Shown in pieces: positions 1-11,272 of a stretch of DNA of 64,000 bases. This DNA comes from Sphyrna mokarran. Its lineage: Eukaryota. The DNA is taken from the NCBI GenBank assembly GCA_024679065.1, contig JAGIQG010000011.1:3906001-3970000 (forward strand). Reading direction: 5' to 3'. The notes beneath the pieces are model-generated. The model saw only the letters and a list, made by a program, of their open reading frames with translations. It had not been told where the DNA came from and made no database searches. Within the stretch, counting starts at the first letter, position 1. The number at the start of each line of letters is the position of its first letter. A program made the position numbers and the translations under genes.

Positions 1-233
1 TCCTTTTTAAACTATACTGGTAAAATGAGTGAACAAAAGATATAATGTATAGCATTCTTAGGCTTCATTGGGTTTTCCTTAACAAACAAATCTGATCCAG
101 TAAGATATTTGAAAGAATTCAAATAAATCAGATCAAACAACTCAAGTGAGTCAGTTGTGAAAAGTTGATAGTGTAATTGTATTGCACAGCACAGTCCTTC
201 TTCCCTTGCCCTAAATTTCTCCACTTACAACCA

Positions 234-535
234 CATAACCTTACAGTACAGAAGGTAGCCATTCAGCCCATTGAGTCTGTACCAACCACAATCCTATCCA
301 GACCCTATTTCCATAATTCTACACATTTACCCTGCTAATCCCCCTGAAGCTAGGCTAAATTTAGCATGGCCAATCAACCTAACCTGCGCGTTTTTGGAGT
401 GAGAGGAAACCAGAGCACCTGGAGGAAACCCTCGCAGACATGGGGAGAATGTATAGATTCCACATCTGGGAGAAAGTGCAAACCCCACACAAACTGACCC
501 AAGGATGGAATTGAACCTCAATCCCTGGTGCTGTG
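234..535 (-). mobile_element. tRNA-derived SINE, HE1/V-SINE-like, with CR1-type tail
   Basis: Body shared with more than 10 copies in the window (TTTAGCATGGCCAAT..GGAAACCGGAGCACC..GGAGGAAACC). Confidence 0.8.
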
Positions 536-766
536 CTGCAAAGAACTGCGTGGGTTCTATGTAAAAACTTTAACAGGAATGGAAGTTGTTGTTATCTGTT
601 CTGGGTCATATTTGGATAGCACCCCATCCCCATGAAACTCCAGCACATCTTTCAGTTTCTTTGAAGAATCTGTAAAGGAAATTTCATGAAAAAATTAAAG
701 TTTAAAGTTTATTTTAGTGTCATAACTAAGCTTATGTTAACAGTTATTTTGAAAGCTGAAGTTTTA

Positions 767-1000
767 AAGTTTACTTATTAGTGTCACACATAGGCTTACA
801 TTAACACTGCAAGGAAGTTACTGTGAAAATTCACTAGTTCCTGCACTAAAGTGCCTGTTCGGGTACACTGAGGGAGAATTTAGCATGGCCAATGCACCTA
901 ACCAGCACATCGTTTGGACTGTGGGAGGAAGCCGGAACACCCGGAGGAAACTCATGCAGACATGGGGTGAATGTATAGATTCCATACACACAGTGACCTA
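767..1000 (-). mobile_element. HE1-like SINE with alternative tail, 5'-truncated
   Basis: Same body; tail AAAGTTTA..GTGTCAC..TTAACACTGC..GAAGTTACTGTGAAAAT. A partial second tail lies at about 697-745. Confidence 0.75.
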
Positions 1001-1039
1001 AAATCCTAAATCAAATTAGCCCAAAACCTACTATATTCT

Positions 1040-1352
1040 CAAGAACACAAGCTTAATTTATATATTCTCTTCTGATAATCTAAGCCTTGGAACCTTGGTA
1101 ACATTTTGATAAATCTGAACTGCAGTCTTTTCGACCATAAAAGGAACAGTTTTACATGACAAATGGTTATGTTTTTAAATATGGTGCTGGAGGCAGATTC
1201 AATCCTGGCTTTCAAAAGTGAATAAGATGAGCAATGAAGAGAGAAAATTTGCAGTATTGTTGGGCAATTGGGACTAGCTGGAATTTCTTTCGCAGAGATC
1301 ACGCGTGACACAGTCGGTCAATGGGCCTCTTTCTGTACTGTGACCATTCTGT
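1040..1352 (+). mobile_element. CR1-like LINE 3' fragments (a short minus-oriented piece precedes a plus-oriented 3' end)
   Basis: GGAGGCAGATTCAATC..GCTTTCAAAAG, and a tail GGCCTCTTTCTGTACTGT like other CR1 ends here. Confidence 0.5.
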
Positions 1353-1814
1353 AAATCAATAAATAATCCAGATCATGTAATTTGGTGACAGAATCATAGA
1401 TCCACAATAAGCTAAGCTTTTGACATTCTTATCAGAATAACAGAGCCAGGTAATAAATGCCAATCTTAGTATCAAGATTAACTGAGTAACAGCATGAAAA
1501 TGGCTGTGAATTTATTCGGTACATTGTTTTTAATAACCATGGAATCTATTGCAACTTTCTGCAGATTTTTGAGTTGTGAACCAAAGTGAGAAATGTTTTA
1601 TGCACTTTGGTTAATAAATTATGGTCATGTATTTTACTAGTTTGGGAAATTTGAACTTGAATGTAAGCTAAGGAATCCATCCAAAGCCTCAAAATTGATG
1701 AGGATGAACTGTTTAACTGCTAAATTGTACTTTAACAGAGATGTTGTATCTTGGAATAGTGTGAGATTTCACTAAAATCACTAGGTGTCTAACTTTATTC
1801 TTTTCCCTCTGAAG

Positions 1815-1896
1815 TGGCTATTATGTGAGAGCAAAGGCAGTGGATTATTGCCTGAGTTGCTTCTTGCAACAAACAGCAAGTTACTCTCAAAGACAG
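1815..1896 (+). CDS. LCMT2: LCMT2/TYW4 (tRNA wybutosine-synthesizing protein 4) coding exon, first one visible in the window
   Basis: AG acceptor 1813-14 and GTGAGT donor at 1897. Reads GYYVRAKAVDYCLSCFLQQTASYSQRQ, matching the LCM methyltransferase motif RGYYVRA. Confidence 0.9.
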
Positions 1897-2495
1897 GTGA
1901 GTATGATGGGAGTTTTGCCTAATTCTGTTGTTAATGCATTCACATGAAAATAATGATTAAGCCTGTTTAGCGTCCTACCTTGATGATGCTCCCTCTGCCC
2001 TTCAGTCCCATGTTTCTGTGACTAAGCATGTGAACATTGATGTTATTCTTTGCTATTGCTGTTATACGGCTATTCTCCTGATGTACACGGTGCTAATTGG
2101 GTGGAATTTTCCCTCTTTTCCTGTGAAGAATGCACGGTAACTAAATCAGACCAGCCAATCAAGATTGGGAATTGTGTTTGCAGGAATCAGAAGCACAAGC
2201 TTCCATTTTGGTACTTCAGCTTAGAATAGAAAGTGTGCATGGCATATCATCTGTCAATTTTCCTAGAATCTCAACTCAGTTTCAAGAAACAACATTATAA
2301 ATATTTTTATAATCTTTTGTCAGGGCATAACTTGAGCAAATTTATTCTGTTTAGACTTGCAAACGTGCAACTAAATTGTGAGTAATTATATGCATAGATC
2401 AGAATCATACTTGTTCTAAATGTTTATGTTCAGCAAATGTGAATAGTCTACTAAAACTCAACACCGTAGCTTTGTATGCATTCCTGTCTCTACAG

Positions 2496-2685
2496 ATCCT
2501 TTCACTGGGAGCTGGGTTTGATTCCTTGTATTTTCGGCTAAAGGCAAACGGGGAGCTGAAAAATGTGATTGTATACGAGGTGGATTTTCCAGATGTTGTT
2601 CAGCGCAAAACCACTCTGATTAAAAACAAGCAGGAATTTGTGAAGCTCATAGGCTGCATTGATGAAATTAGACCAGCTCAGATGG
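2496..2685 (+). CDS. LCMT2: LCMT2 exon (SAM-binding motifs)
   Basis: tacag acceptor, gtagga donor. Reads [16 protein letters not shown]...[12 protein letters not shown]; 190 nt, phase 0 to 1. Confidence 0.95.
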
Positions 2686-3108
2686 GTAGGATTGTTTTTC
2701 AAGTACATGCTTCATTGAAAATGCTTGCTGACTTTGGCAAAGCTTTTGACAGTGGTACAATGGGTGAATGATATCAGGCATTCTTGCTAAATAGGATTAT
2801 CAATTGCATGCAGGATGTTTGTCTCATAATTTAATATTGCCAAATTTAAAGTTGTGCAAAATGTTTAAACATATATTGGAAATTATATCAAAAATATGGA
2901 TGTAGATGTGTGCCATTAATGTTTTTTGTTCGTCTTTTATATGTTCTATAGACAATGACTACCAACTTATCTGTACAACAAACAACTATCAACCTTGAAA
3001 AAAAAAACAAATATAAATTACAGAAAGCATTTTTTACATTTTAAAAAATATCTCATTCTGGTTTGGCAGTCTTTCTAAAGCTACCATATGTCATATTTGG
3101 AGTTGCAG

Positions 3109-3265
3109 GTCGTCTCTTTCTCAATGGTATGGATTACAAATTGCTTGGCATTGACCTGACTGAAATAGTGGAGTTAGATAAGCTACTGATGGAGGCTGGC
3201 TTAAATCCTGCTTGTCCGACCCTGATATTATCAGAGGTTGTACTGACATACATGAGATGTGAAAG
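3109..3265 (+). CDS. LCMT2: LCMT2 exon
   Basis: gcag acceptor, gtaagg donor. Reads DYKLLGIDL...PTLILSEVVLTYM; phase 1 to 2. Confidence 0.93.
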
Positions 3266-4266
3266 GTAAGGACAATTGATTTGCAGGATTGGCTGATTTT
3301 TAATTAGTTTGGTGGGTGAGCAGCTCTTTTCAAAGGGACAAACAGCAAGAGTGTTTGTTCTTCCAGAGCTGTGCCAAAGTCCATATTGATGGTCTGGTAC
3401 ATCCTAAATAGACAGCAATCCACCACAAATTTCAAATTAAGAGAAGGAATTGGCTGCTTCAGAGTTGCAAAATTTAAGTTTTGCAGCTGGGTTGTCAGCT
3501 CGGAGATTGTCAGAGTTCAAATTTGAGCCATAATTGATGTTTTTGCTTAGTGATGGCTTAAGTTAATTCATACCGGGTAATTTAAAACGAGTTGAGGAAA
3601 CTTGGTGTGGGACTAGTTAGTTTGCATGTAGCATTATTAGAATTGGTAATCACAAATAAAAATTTCTCCTAGTTTGTGATTACCAAGGAACAGCCAGGCT
3701 GCCAGGAAACTGCCACTTCCACACACTCAATTAAAGGTGATGACTTGGGTGTTAGGGAGAAGGGACCATTCTATAACATTTGAAAATTATGTCCTATCCG
3801 CAAGTCACAAGGGTATAATCTTTTAAATGTATTTAACGCACTGAAGGTGTTTAATGCTTAAATTGAGCGATGGAAGGAAATTTCGAACTAGTATACACTG
3901 CTAGCAACTCTGATGGATCCTTAACCATCCTATGTGGTGTATAGTAAAGACAGTGGGCAGACTCTCATGTCTATCGGCACGTTTAATAGCGGGTGGGGAA
4001 TTGTGGAAGGCAATCCAAAAACCTGTTTCATGCTGATGTGAAATGATGACAGGACCTTCAACTATTGTCTGCCATGGCAGGTCTCAATTCCTGTCCAAGG
4101 CTGGTGTGAAGCAATTTGTAGCCCGCTAATGGGATGTGGATGGACTGGAGTCACATCCCACTACACACCCGATGTCTTAAACACTAGCCGGAAATCAAGC
4201 CAGTCTGGACCAGTGTGGTGTGTAAAGATAGGACATGCTTTAAGACAGCCTTAGGCAGCTCCTGGA

Positions 4267-4379
4267 AAACAGAAAGAAATCTCACAACACCAGCTTAAAG
4301 TCCAACAAGTTTATTTGTAGCAAACACCCCAAGCTTTTGGAACACATTGTTCCTTCTTCAGGTGGCTGGAGGTTCTGAT
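4267..4379 (-). mobile_element. Penelope-like element terminal fragment
   Basis: CTCACAACACCAGCTTAAAGTCCAAC motif shared with copies at 55440, 60100 and 61210. Flanked by an 11-bp direct repeat CAGCTCCTGGA (4256-66 / 4380-90). Confidence 0.65.
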
Positions 4380-5130
4380 CAGCTCCTGGAGATCAGAAGA
4401 GATGATCGAGGTCTCCAGTGACCAAATCTTGGAGCACCACATGCAGAGTGGAGCTTCAACCATGTGGATCTTCTCCTTAAAGCAGTATTTAGGACTTCTC
4501 AGCAACTTCAACAATGGTCCAGACCTTCAACCAGGGTCTTTGCCCAGATATACACAGACTCAGAGCGACTGCGTAAAGGTAGACAAGGGTAGGATTTTCT
4601 GGAAGGGAACTTCATGTTTAGCTCAACGTTATCAAAAGGGGTGGGAAAAAGTTGAAGGGTAACAAGGGGGAGGCCAAAAGTCATACTGGGGTCATTGATT
4701 ATGGGGGTTAGAGAGTGGGTAACTGGAAAATGAGAGAAGGTTTTGGAACACAGGGAAAGGGTGATTATGACCATTGCAAAATAGCAAGCAACAATCCAGA
4801 GTCTTATGGAGATCTCAAAATGTTGCTTGAGGATTGATTCTCCTGAGATGGGCAGAGATGCCCGTCAGCTCCATTGGACAACTAAAAGGGAACCCCAGTA
4901 CGTAATATTTGCTAGGGCCCTGGGACACATAACAGTTCGAAGGGTGAAGAGAGATGAAGGTTGGGAGAATGCTTGCACACACACCTTTCCCTCTGAGGTA
5001 TGGGGTGTCCACAGGAAGGACGATGGTAACACTAAATTAAGTACCACAACTAACACAATGCAATAGATATTAAAGTGAAAACAACTATTTGCAAACATTT
5101 TTAGACTATGACATCAATTGTCACAAGAGA

Positions 5131-5480
5131 CGGTGATGGGCTACTGGTTTTATCGCTAGACTATTAATTCAGAATCTCAGCAAATGTTCTGGGGACCCAG
5201 GTTCGAATCCCACTACGACAGATGGTGGAATTTGAATTCAATTAAAAATGACTGGAATTAAGAGTCTATTGATGACCAGGAAATGATTGTCAGAAAAACC
5301 CACCTGGTTCACTAATCTCCTTTAGGGAGGGAAATCTGCCATCCTTACCTGGTTTGGCCTACATTAGATTCCAGAGCTAGAGCAATGTGGTTGATTCTCA
5401 ACTGTCCTTCAGGGCGACTAGGGATGGGCAATAAATGCTGACCAGCCAGCGACACTCCACAAAATGAGTAAAAAAGAAAT
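5131..5480 (+). mobile_element. tRNA-derived SINE, second family
   Basis: Box B GGTTCGAATCC near 5200. The 3' tail GGGATGGGCAATAAATGCTG is shared with LINE ends at 21960, 30100 and 35170; A-rich end. Confidence 0.75.
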
Positions 5481-7718
5481 TGTTCACCCATGGACCAGTT
5501 GCACACTTAATAGTTTTAATTTTTCCTTTCTCTTTTGCTTCCCTGACATCTGCAGCAATGGTGAAGGCAGCCTGCTGAGCATTGTGTCCTGTTGCCCTGG
5601 ATGGCCTTGGCAGCTGTCTTCTTTATATCTGAGGCTGAGAGGGCCCAGCTCACTTTGGCTGTTCTGCTGTAGAGCAGGTGCTCCCTCTGCAATGGTAAAG
5701 GACAAGGTTGAAAAGATCACAGGCAAAGGGGATTTAGCAGAGCTGAGTGACCTCAGATTCCTGAGTAGATGTCCCAAGAGTGTCTAATTGCTGTTGCTCC
5801 TTCTTTTGGATGAGGGGAAGAGGTAGTTGGAGGGAGATTGAAGTGTCCTGTCCCCTTCTCGTGTACAACTACATAAGCTTCATCCCATGGCTAGTGCAGT
5901 GGAGTGAAAGCCTGCACGCAGTTCCAGCAGATTCTATTGGATCACATTCTCCATGGAATTCACCATCCTCCTCAGTGGAGACTACGCACAGGTCAGCACC
6001 ATTTCACCAATAGCAGGTGGACAAACTCCTCCAAGTTGCATGCCAGTCAGTTGAGAGCCTCCAATATCACCTCCTGATGGTTCCTCCCTCCTCTTACTGA
6101 CTCTGCAGCATCAGTTGAAAGGCTGATTCTGGAGGCCTGTCATCAGACTCTGACCTCATAGTGTAACACTCCTCTGAGTACTGGTGAGCTTGCCTCCTCG
6201 TGCTGCAAATACGTGTCCATGCAGTGACCACCAGACTGATAAACTCAATCTAATACCCACCAATGTCTGTGCCTCTGGACTGACGGAGGGTTCAGGTGTG
6301 TGCTGGACAGTTTTTCTGGCTCAGGTCTTGCTGTCTTCCTGATGGCAGCTGTAAGTGAGAAAGAGAACGAGTGACTACGTGAACATTTCTAACATGAAGG
6401 CAACCTTGGATCTGAAATTTCTATTACATGTTGGCATTCTTACTGCTCAGAGGCACATATCCACACTCCCTGGTTGTGCTCCACCATTGCCAACTGGACT
6501 GCCCTTTCCTCGAACTTGGTCACTTCTTTGAGTTATAGCTGATTCCTTCCCTCCTATCTCGCAGTTACAGTTTAACTTGCCCTGTGGAAAGAAAACAAAG
6601 AAGGTGAAGCTGAGGAATTGTATTTAGCATTCATTCACACATATCACTTTAACATTTCAGTCTTGCAGATAACTCTCTGGATTGAGTAAAATTCATTAAT
6701 GCATTGCATATTAGTCCATAGTAGTTATGGGCCAACAGCCCCTCAGAGTGGTGAACCCAAACACGTGAGAATAAGGGCTCAGAGAGGAATGTTCTTCGTA
6801 GAGCGTGCTGGTTTTCTCTTTGCCTCCGTTTCTCATCACTGTGCCCTGCCCTGCCTTCCCATTCCAGACAGCATGAGATTTGCGGGGCAGGTGAAGAAAG
6901 CATAAATGGTCACTCCACCTGCAGAGTGGATGGACTGAGTTGGAGCTTTGACGCATCACCTTGACGTTGCTACTGAAGCCCATGTCCCTGACATTCGTTC
7001 ATAGTGGTAAATCTGAGCAGCTAAGGTTCACTTTGGCAGAGCAGAAGAAGTTGTTCATTCTCTTCCAGCATTGGATGACTAACCAATGCTGGGCTCTAAC
7101 CGCAGTGGTGATTGGCTTCAATGCAGGGTTAGTCTCCCTGCTCAGCCTCCTCTCCCTATCAGCTGGATATAAGACATCCTTCATGGCCTCCACCTAGCCA
7201 AGGAGTAACTGAACTTAGTCCCTACCCCTTCAATCTCAATGGTCCTTGTCAGTTAGTTGATATGTCTGGGTATCTTTTAAATATGATGCCGGATATTATT
7301 GTAGGGCACAGGCTATCTATCTCACCCCACCACACGAGTCACCAGGAAGTCAATAGCTGCTTAGTTAATGAGGGCAGATTGGAAGATAGCACAGTAATTC
7401 CCGTTGTCCTCTGTGGCAGGAAACATTCCCATCTCTGCCAAGGGATTTAGTACCAGATGGGAGAATTCTTTGAGGGACAGAAAATTACTGTTCCCGTTGT
7501 CAATGGTGGCTGGATAACTCTAGTAATAATCTGTTGGGTGTTGTTGACGATGGTTTTTGGTCAAGTCCCTGACTATCTCTCAGTGTTGTATTTCTAATCA
7601 TTTAAAATCCTAACTCCATGAGGAGCCAGTTAATTGTAAAGGGAATGGAAATCCTTATTGGGTTACTTTTGAAGTAACCGTGAGATTATATTTTAAATAA
7701 AATATATAAAATATAATG

Positions 7719-8130
7719 TGGTTCCCACATTATAAGAAAGATGTGGAGGCATTGGAGAGGGTACAGAGGAGGTTTACCAGGATGTTGCCTGGTATGGAGG
7801 GCAGGTCTTATGAAGAGAGGCTGAGGGATTTGAGGTTGTTTTCGTTAGAAAGGAGGCGGCTAAGAGGAGACCTAATCGAAACATATAAGATGATTAGAGG
7901 TGTAGATAGGGTGGACAGTGATAGCCTTTTTCCTAGGATGGAGAAAGCTAGCACAAGGGGACATAGTTTTAAATTAAGGGGTGGTAGTTATAGGACGGAT
8001 GTCAGAGGTAGGTTCTTTACCGAGAGGGTGGTAAGGGTAGGGAATGGTTTAGGTTAGAGGGTCATTGCTTTTTCTTAATTGGTCGGCGCAACATCGAAGG
8101 CCGAAGGGCCTGTTCTACGCTGTTATGTTC
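7719..8130 (+). mobile_element. Young CR1 LINE 3' end (ORF2 C-terminus plus 3' UTR)
   Basis: Open ORF PHYKKDVEALERVQRRFTRMLPG..LFSLERRRLRGDLIETYK..TRGHSFKL; flanked by a TATAATG direct repeat. Confidence 0.9.
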
Positions 8131-8174
8131 TATAATGAATCTAAGATTTGTGATGAAGTAAAATTTTTGTCTAG

Positions 8175-8364
8175 TTCTTCAGCAGTGATCCACTGGGCAG
8201 CGGACCGATTTTCGTCAGCCGTGTTTGTGCTCTATGAACAGATACATCCAGATGACCCCTTTGGCCAGGTCATGCAGCGACATTTCACTCAGTTAAACTC
8301 CACTCTGCATGCAATCATTCAATTTCCTGAAAAGGAAACTCAGAGGAGGCGATTTTTGAATGAG
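8175..8364 (+). CDS. LCMT2: LCMT2 exon
   Basis: ctag acceptor, gtcagt donor. Reads VIHWAADRF..FVLYEQIHPDDPFGQVMQRHF; phase 2 to 0. Confidence 0.95.
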
Positions 8365-8899
8365 GTCAGTCAAACATCTCGGCCTTTCCATCTATTATAA
8401 TTGTGATGCTGTAAGTTCTCCACACAGCAAACCTATTAGTGGAAATCTTTTCAATTCTTTCATTCACTGCGCACCAGCTCAAATAAGTTTTTTCCACCAA
8501 CAGCAGCATTTCTACGAGAAGGAGAGGATACAGTGGTGTGTATTTGTCTTTTATTTATGTTAAGCAACCAGCTATATGGAGGAAACCACATCATTTGCTG
8601 CAGAAGCATGTTATTAACAACATTTTATTGAAATGTGTAAGTTTTTTAAGTGGGTAAAAGATGTTAAAATCCAAAATCAAAATGGAATCATCAAGTGCTC
8701 ACTTTAATGTTTAGTGAGGAATTCTGTGATGAGCTGTGGAGAAAGAATAGGGGATGGGGTGGGACTGATTAAATATTTCAGTCAAAGAGCCTGCACAGGC
8801 ACAGTGGAACAGGTAACCTTTTGTGCTGTATTCTATGATTGTAAAAGTTTGTTTTGCTACTGTGATCTGTAGTTACATCAAATGCCTTTAAATCTTTGC

Positions 8900-9115
8900 C
8901 ATAACGCTTCGTTGGGTCGGATGTGTGGTTTACATAGAGAATTCCTGCATACCAATGACAGTGTTGTACAACCAGCTGAGCATAGAAACCTGCAACGTAA
9001 GACATCCCACACTCAGATACAAAACTAACCTCAGAGTCTGCACATTAGATTTCAATATACTGGGACAAAAGAATCTTGAAAGACTCAAAAGGAGAAGATT
9101 CTGGCATTCAGTGCC
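8900..9115 (+). mobile_element. Old RTE-clade LINE fragment
   Basis: LRWVGCVVYIENSCIPMTVLYNQL..RHPTLRYK resembles the RTE motif LRWLGHVxRM..RIPKxVLYGEL..GRPxLRYK. Confidence 0.6.
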
Positions 9116-9533
9116 TTCCTGACAAGTAGAGTCAAGGTCTCCATCCATCTCACCAAATACTTCATATGCAGTATTTGCAATTGGTTTTAAAATTGAGATT
9201 TATCCTAACCGTAAGGGGGCATTAACCTAGATTTTAAAGCTTTTTTTTTGCCCTTGTTTGTTAAACATTCATTCATTGAAGCAGTATGGGAATACATCAT
9301 AATACTCTCCCAGTTGAACTATCCTGGGTGTACGGTGTGATAGATTCCCCCATGCAATGAGCTACAGATCTCGGGTTTCTTCAAATGGAGGCTGTAAAAA
9401 TGGGAGGGAGAAGTGTTTCAATCACTCTGCAAATCTTAAAGCAAATGATACAGAGAGCAGGATAAATGAGCAAATATATAGGAATAAGTTATTGTCCGTG
9501 TAGAAATATTTATTTGTAACTCCTTACTCTTAG

Positions 9534-9641
9534 GGCTGGGAGGAATGTCATTGTATTGACATGAATGAGTTTTATGTTGGATTTATTCCGGAACAAGAGA
9601 AACAAAGGATTGAAATGTTGGAGCCATTTGATGAGTGTGAG
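9534..9641 (+). CDS. LCMT2: LCMT2 exon
   Basis: ttag acceptor, gtaatt donor. Reads GWEECHCIDMNEFY...RIEMLEPFDECE; 108 nt, not in the ORF track. Confidence 0.93.
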
Positions 9642-10137
9642 GTAATTACAACATGATACAATGAAAAGTAACTGTTTGTGTAGTGGAACAGTTTTTCAAT
9701 TTTCAATATATATCAATTCTGTTTCATAATTTCTGCTGAAAATATTCCAACATGAATTTGAGATTATTAATGCATAAACTAAATTTGAAAGCAACATTTT
9801 TTCCTGACTTAAAACAAGTGTTTATAGGAAGTACTTTTTCATCTTTTAAGGGAAGAAATTAGCAGATGGCAGTAAACCTACACCATTAATCTGCCCTAGC
9901 TTCAAATCAATTACAGATACTTATCAATTAACTTACATAAGTAGATGGATTTGCTATTGTTAAGGGTGCAAATTACCCTACAGAATTACAACTATTAATA
10001 ATTAAAGCAAATATTTCCTCATTTCATGATATTTGCTCAGGTTTGCAACTTTTCAAATACATAAATTAATTTGAGAAATGTTTCTTATTTCTACTCCCTC
10101 ACCCCACTCCCACCACTTATTCATTTTTTTAATCAAG

Positions 10138-10225
10138 GAATGGCATCTAAAGTGTTCTCACTATTTAATTCTGAGTGCGTCAAAAGGAGACCTGAGAAAG
10201 TGTCTGTTGCTCCGTCCTCCCCCAG
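10138..10225 (+). CDS. LCMT2: LCMT2 exon (end of methyltransferase domain)
   Basis: caag acceptor, gtaaga donor. Reads EWHLKCSHYLILSASKG; phase 0 to 1. Confidence 0.92.
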
Positions 10226-10331
10226 GTAAGAAAAAGTAAACTGGATTAAGCAACTGAATTTTGAGAATCTAATGATTTTTTTTAAATGTCTGTTGGTCAT
10301 TTATTTTTTTATTCACTGGAGCTCTGAAACA

Positions 10332-10960
10332 GAAACATAAGCAGAGAGCCAGAGGAGGCAATTGAGCCTCTCCTGTCTGCTTCCACCATTTAATACAATC
10401 ATGCCAGATCTCATATATTGGTCTCAACTCCACTTTCCTGTCCATTCACCATAACCTTTCAAACCCATTATTAATTAAAAATCTGTTCACCTCTTAAATT
10501 TACTCAATATCCCAGTATCCGCCTCACTCTAGGATAGTGAATTCCACAGACTTTCAGCCCTTTGAGAAATCTAATTTTAAATCCCTTATCCTAAAATTAT
10601 GACCTATTGTTCTAGATTGCCCTGCAAGAAGAAAAACATTCTGCACATCTACTTTGTCAATCCCCCCTTATTATCTTGTACACCTCAGTTAGATCACCTG
10701 TCATTCTTCTAAACTCCAGGAAACATAGGTCTAAACTGCTGAATATGGAATCAATCTAGTGAACCTCTACTGAATTGCCTCCAATGCAATTATATCTCTC
10801 CTCAAGTAAGAGGACCAAAGTTGTATGCAATATTCTAAGTGCAATTTCACTAATGCTTTTACAGTAGCAGCAGCACTTCACTCCTTTATATATAGCATTC
10901 TTTTAGCAGTAAATGCAAAGATTCCATTTGCCTTCCATATTACCCACTATATCTCCATAC
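10332..10960 (-). mobile_element. CR1 LINE 3' fragment
   Basis: Reverse-complement similarity to the CR1 3' regions at 17200-17790 and 25110-25770. Confidence 0.7.
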
Positions 10961-10974
10961 TAGTTTTCTGAGAT

Positions 10975-11272
10975 TAATGTATAAGAACACCTCGATCCTT
11001 CATAGCATCTGGAGCCCAGTTTCAATTCCATCCTTGGGTGACTATCTGTGTGGAGTCTGCACCATCTTCCCTTATCTGTGTGAGTTCCCACCAAATGCTC
11101 CAGTTTCCTTCCATAGTTGACAGAAGTGCAGATCAAGTAGATTGGACATAGTAAATGCTGATGGATACAGGGATAAGGCAGAAGGGAGAGCCTGGATGAG
11201 ATTCTCCTTCCGAGAGTCAATCCAGACTCGATGGTCGGATGGCCTCTCTCTGTACTGTAAGGTTTCTGTGAA
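10975..11272 (+). mobile_element. HE1-like SINE
   Basis: SINE body plus CR1-type tail GATGGCCTCTCTCTGTACTGTAAGG. Confidence 0.75.

Larger units (their letters stand above)
3955..7470 (-). mobile_element. Decayed PIF/Harbinger-derived element carrying Myb/SANT-like accessory gene remnants; boundaries approximate
   Basis: Minus ORF 6999-7193 (KDVLYPADRERR..QCWKRMNNFF.SAK) and a spliced remnant near 6590-6440 (TKFEERAVQLA) resemble the Myb protein at 57083-58700. Confidence 0.6.
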
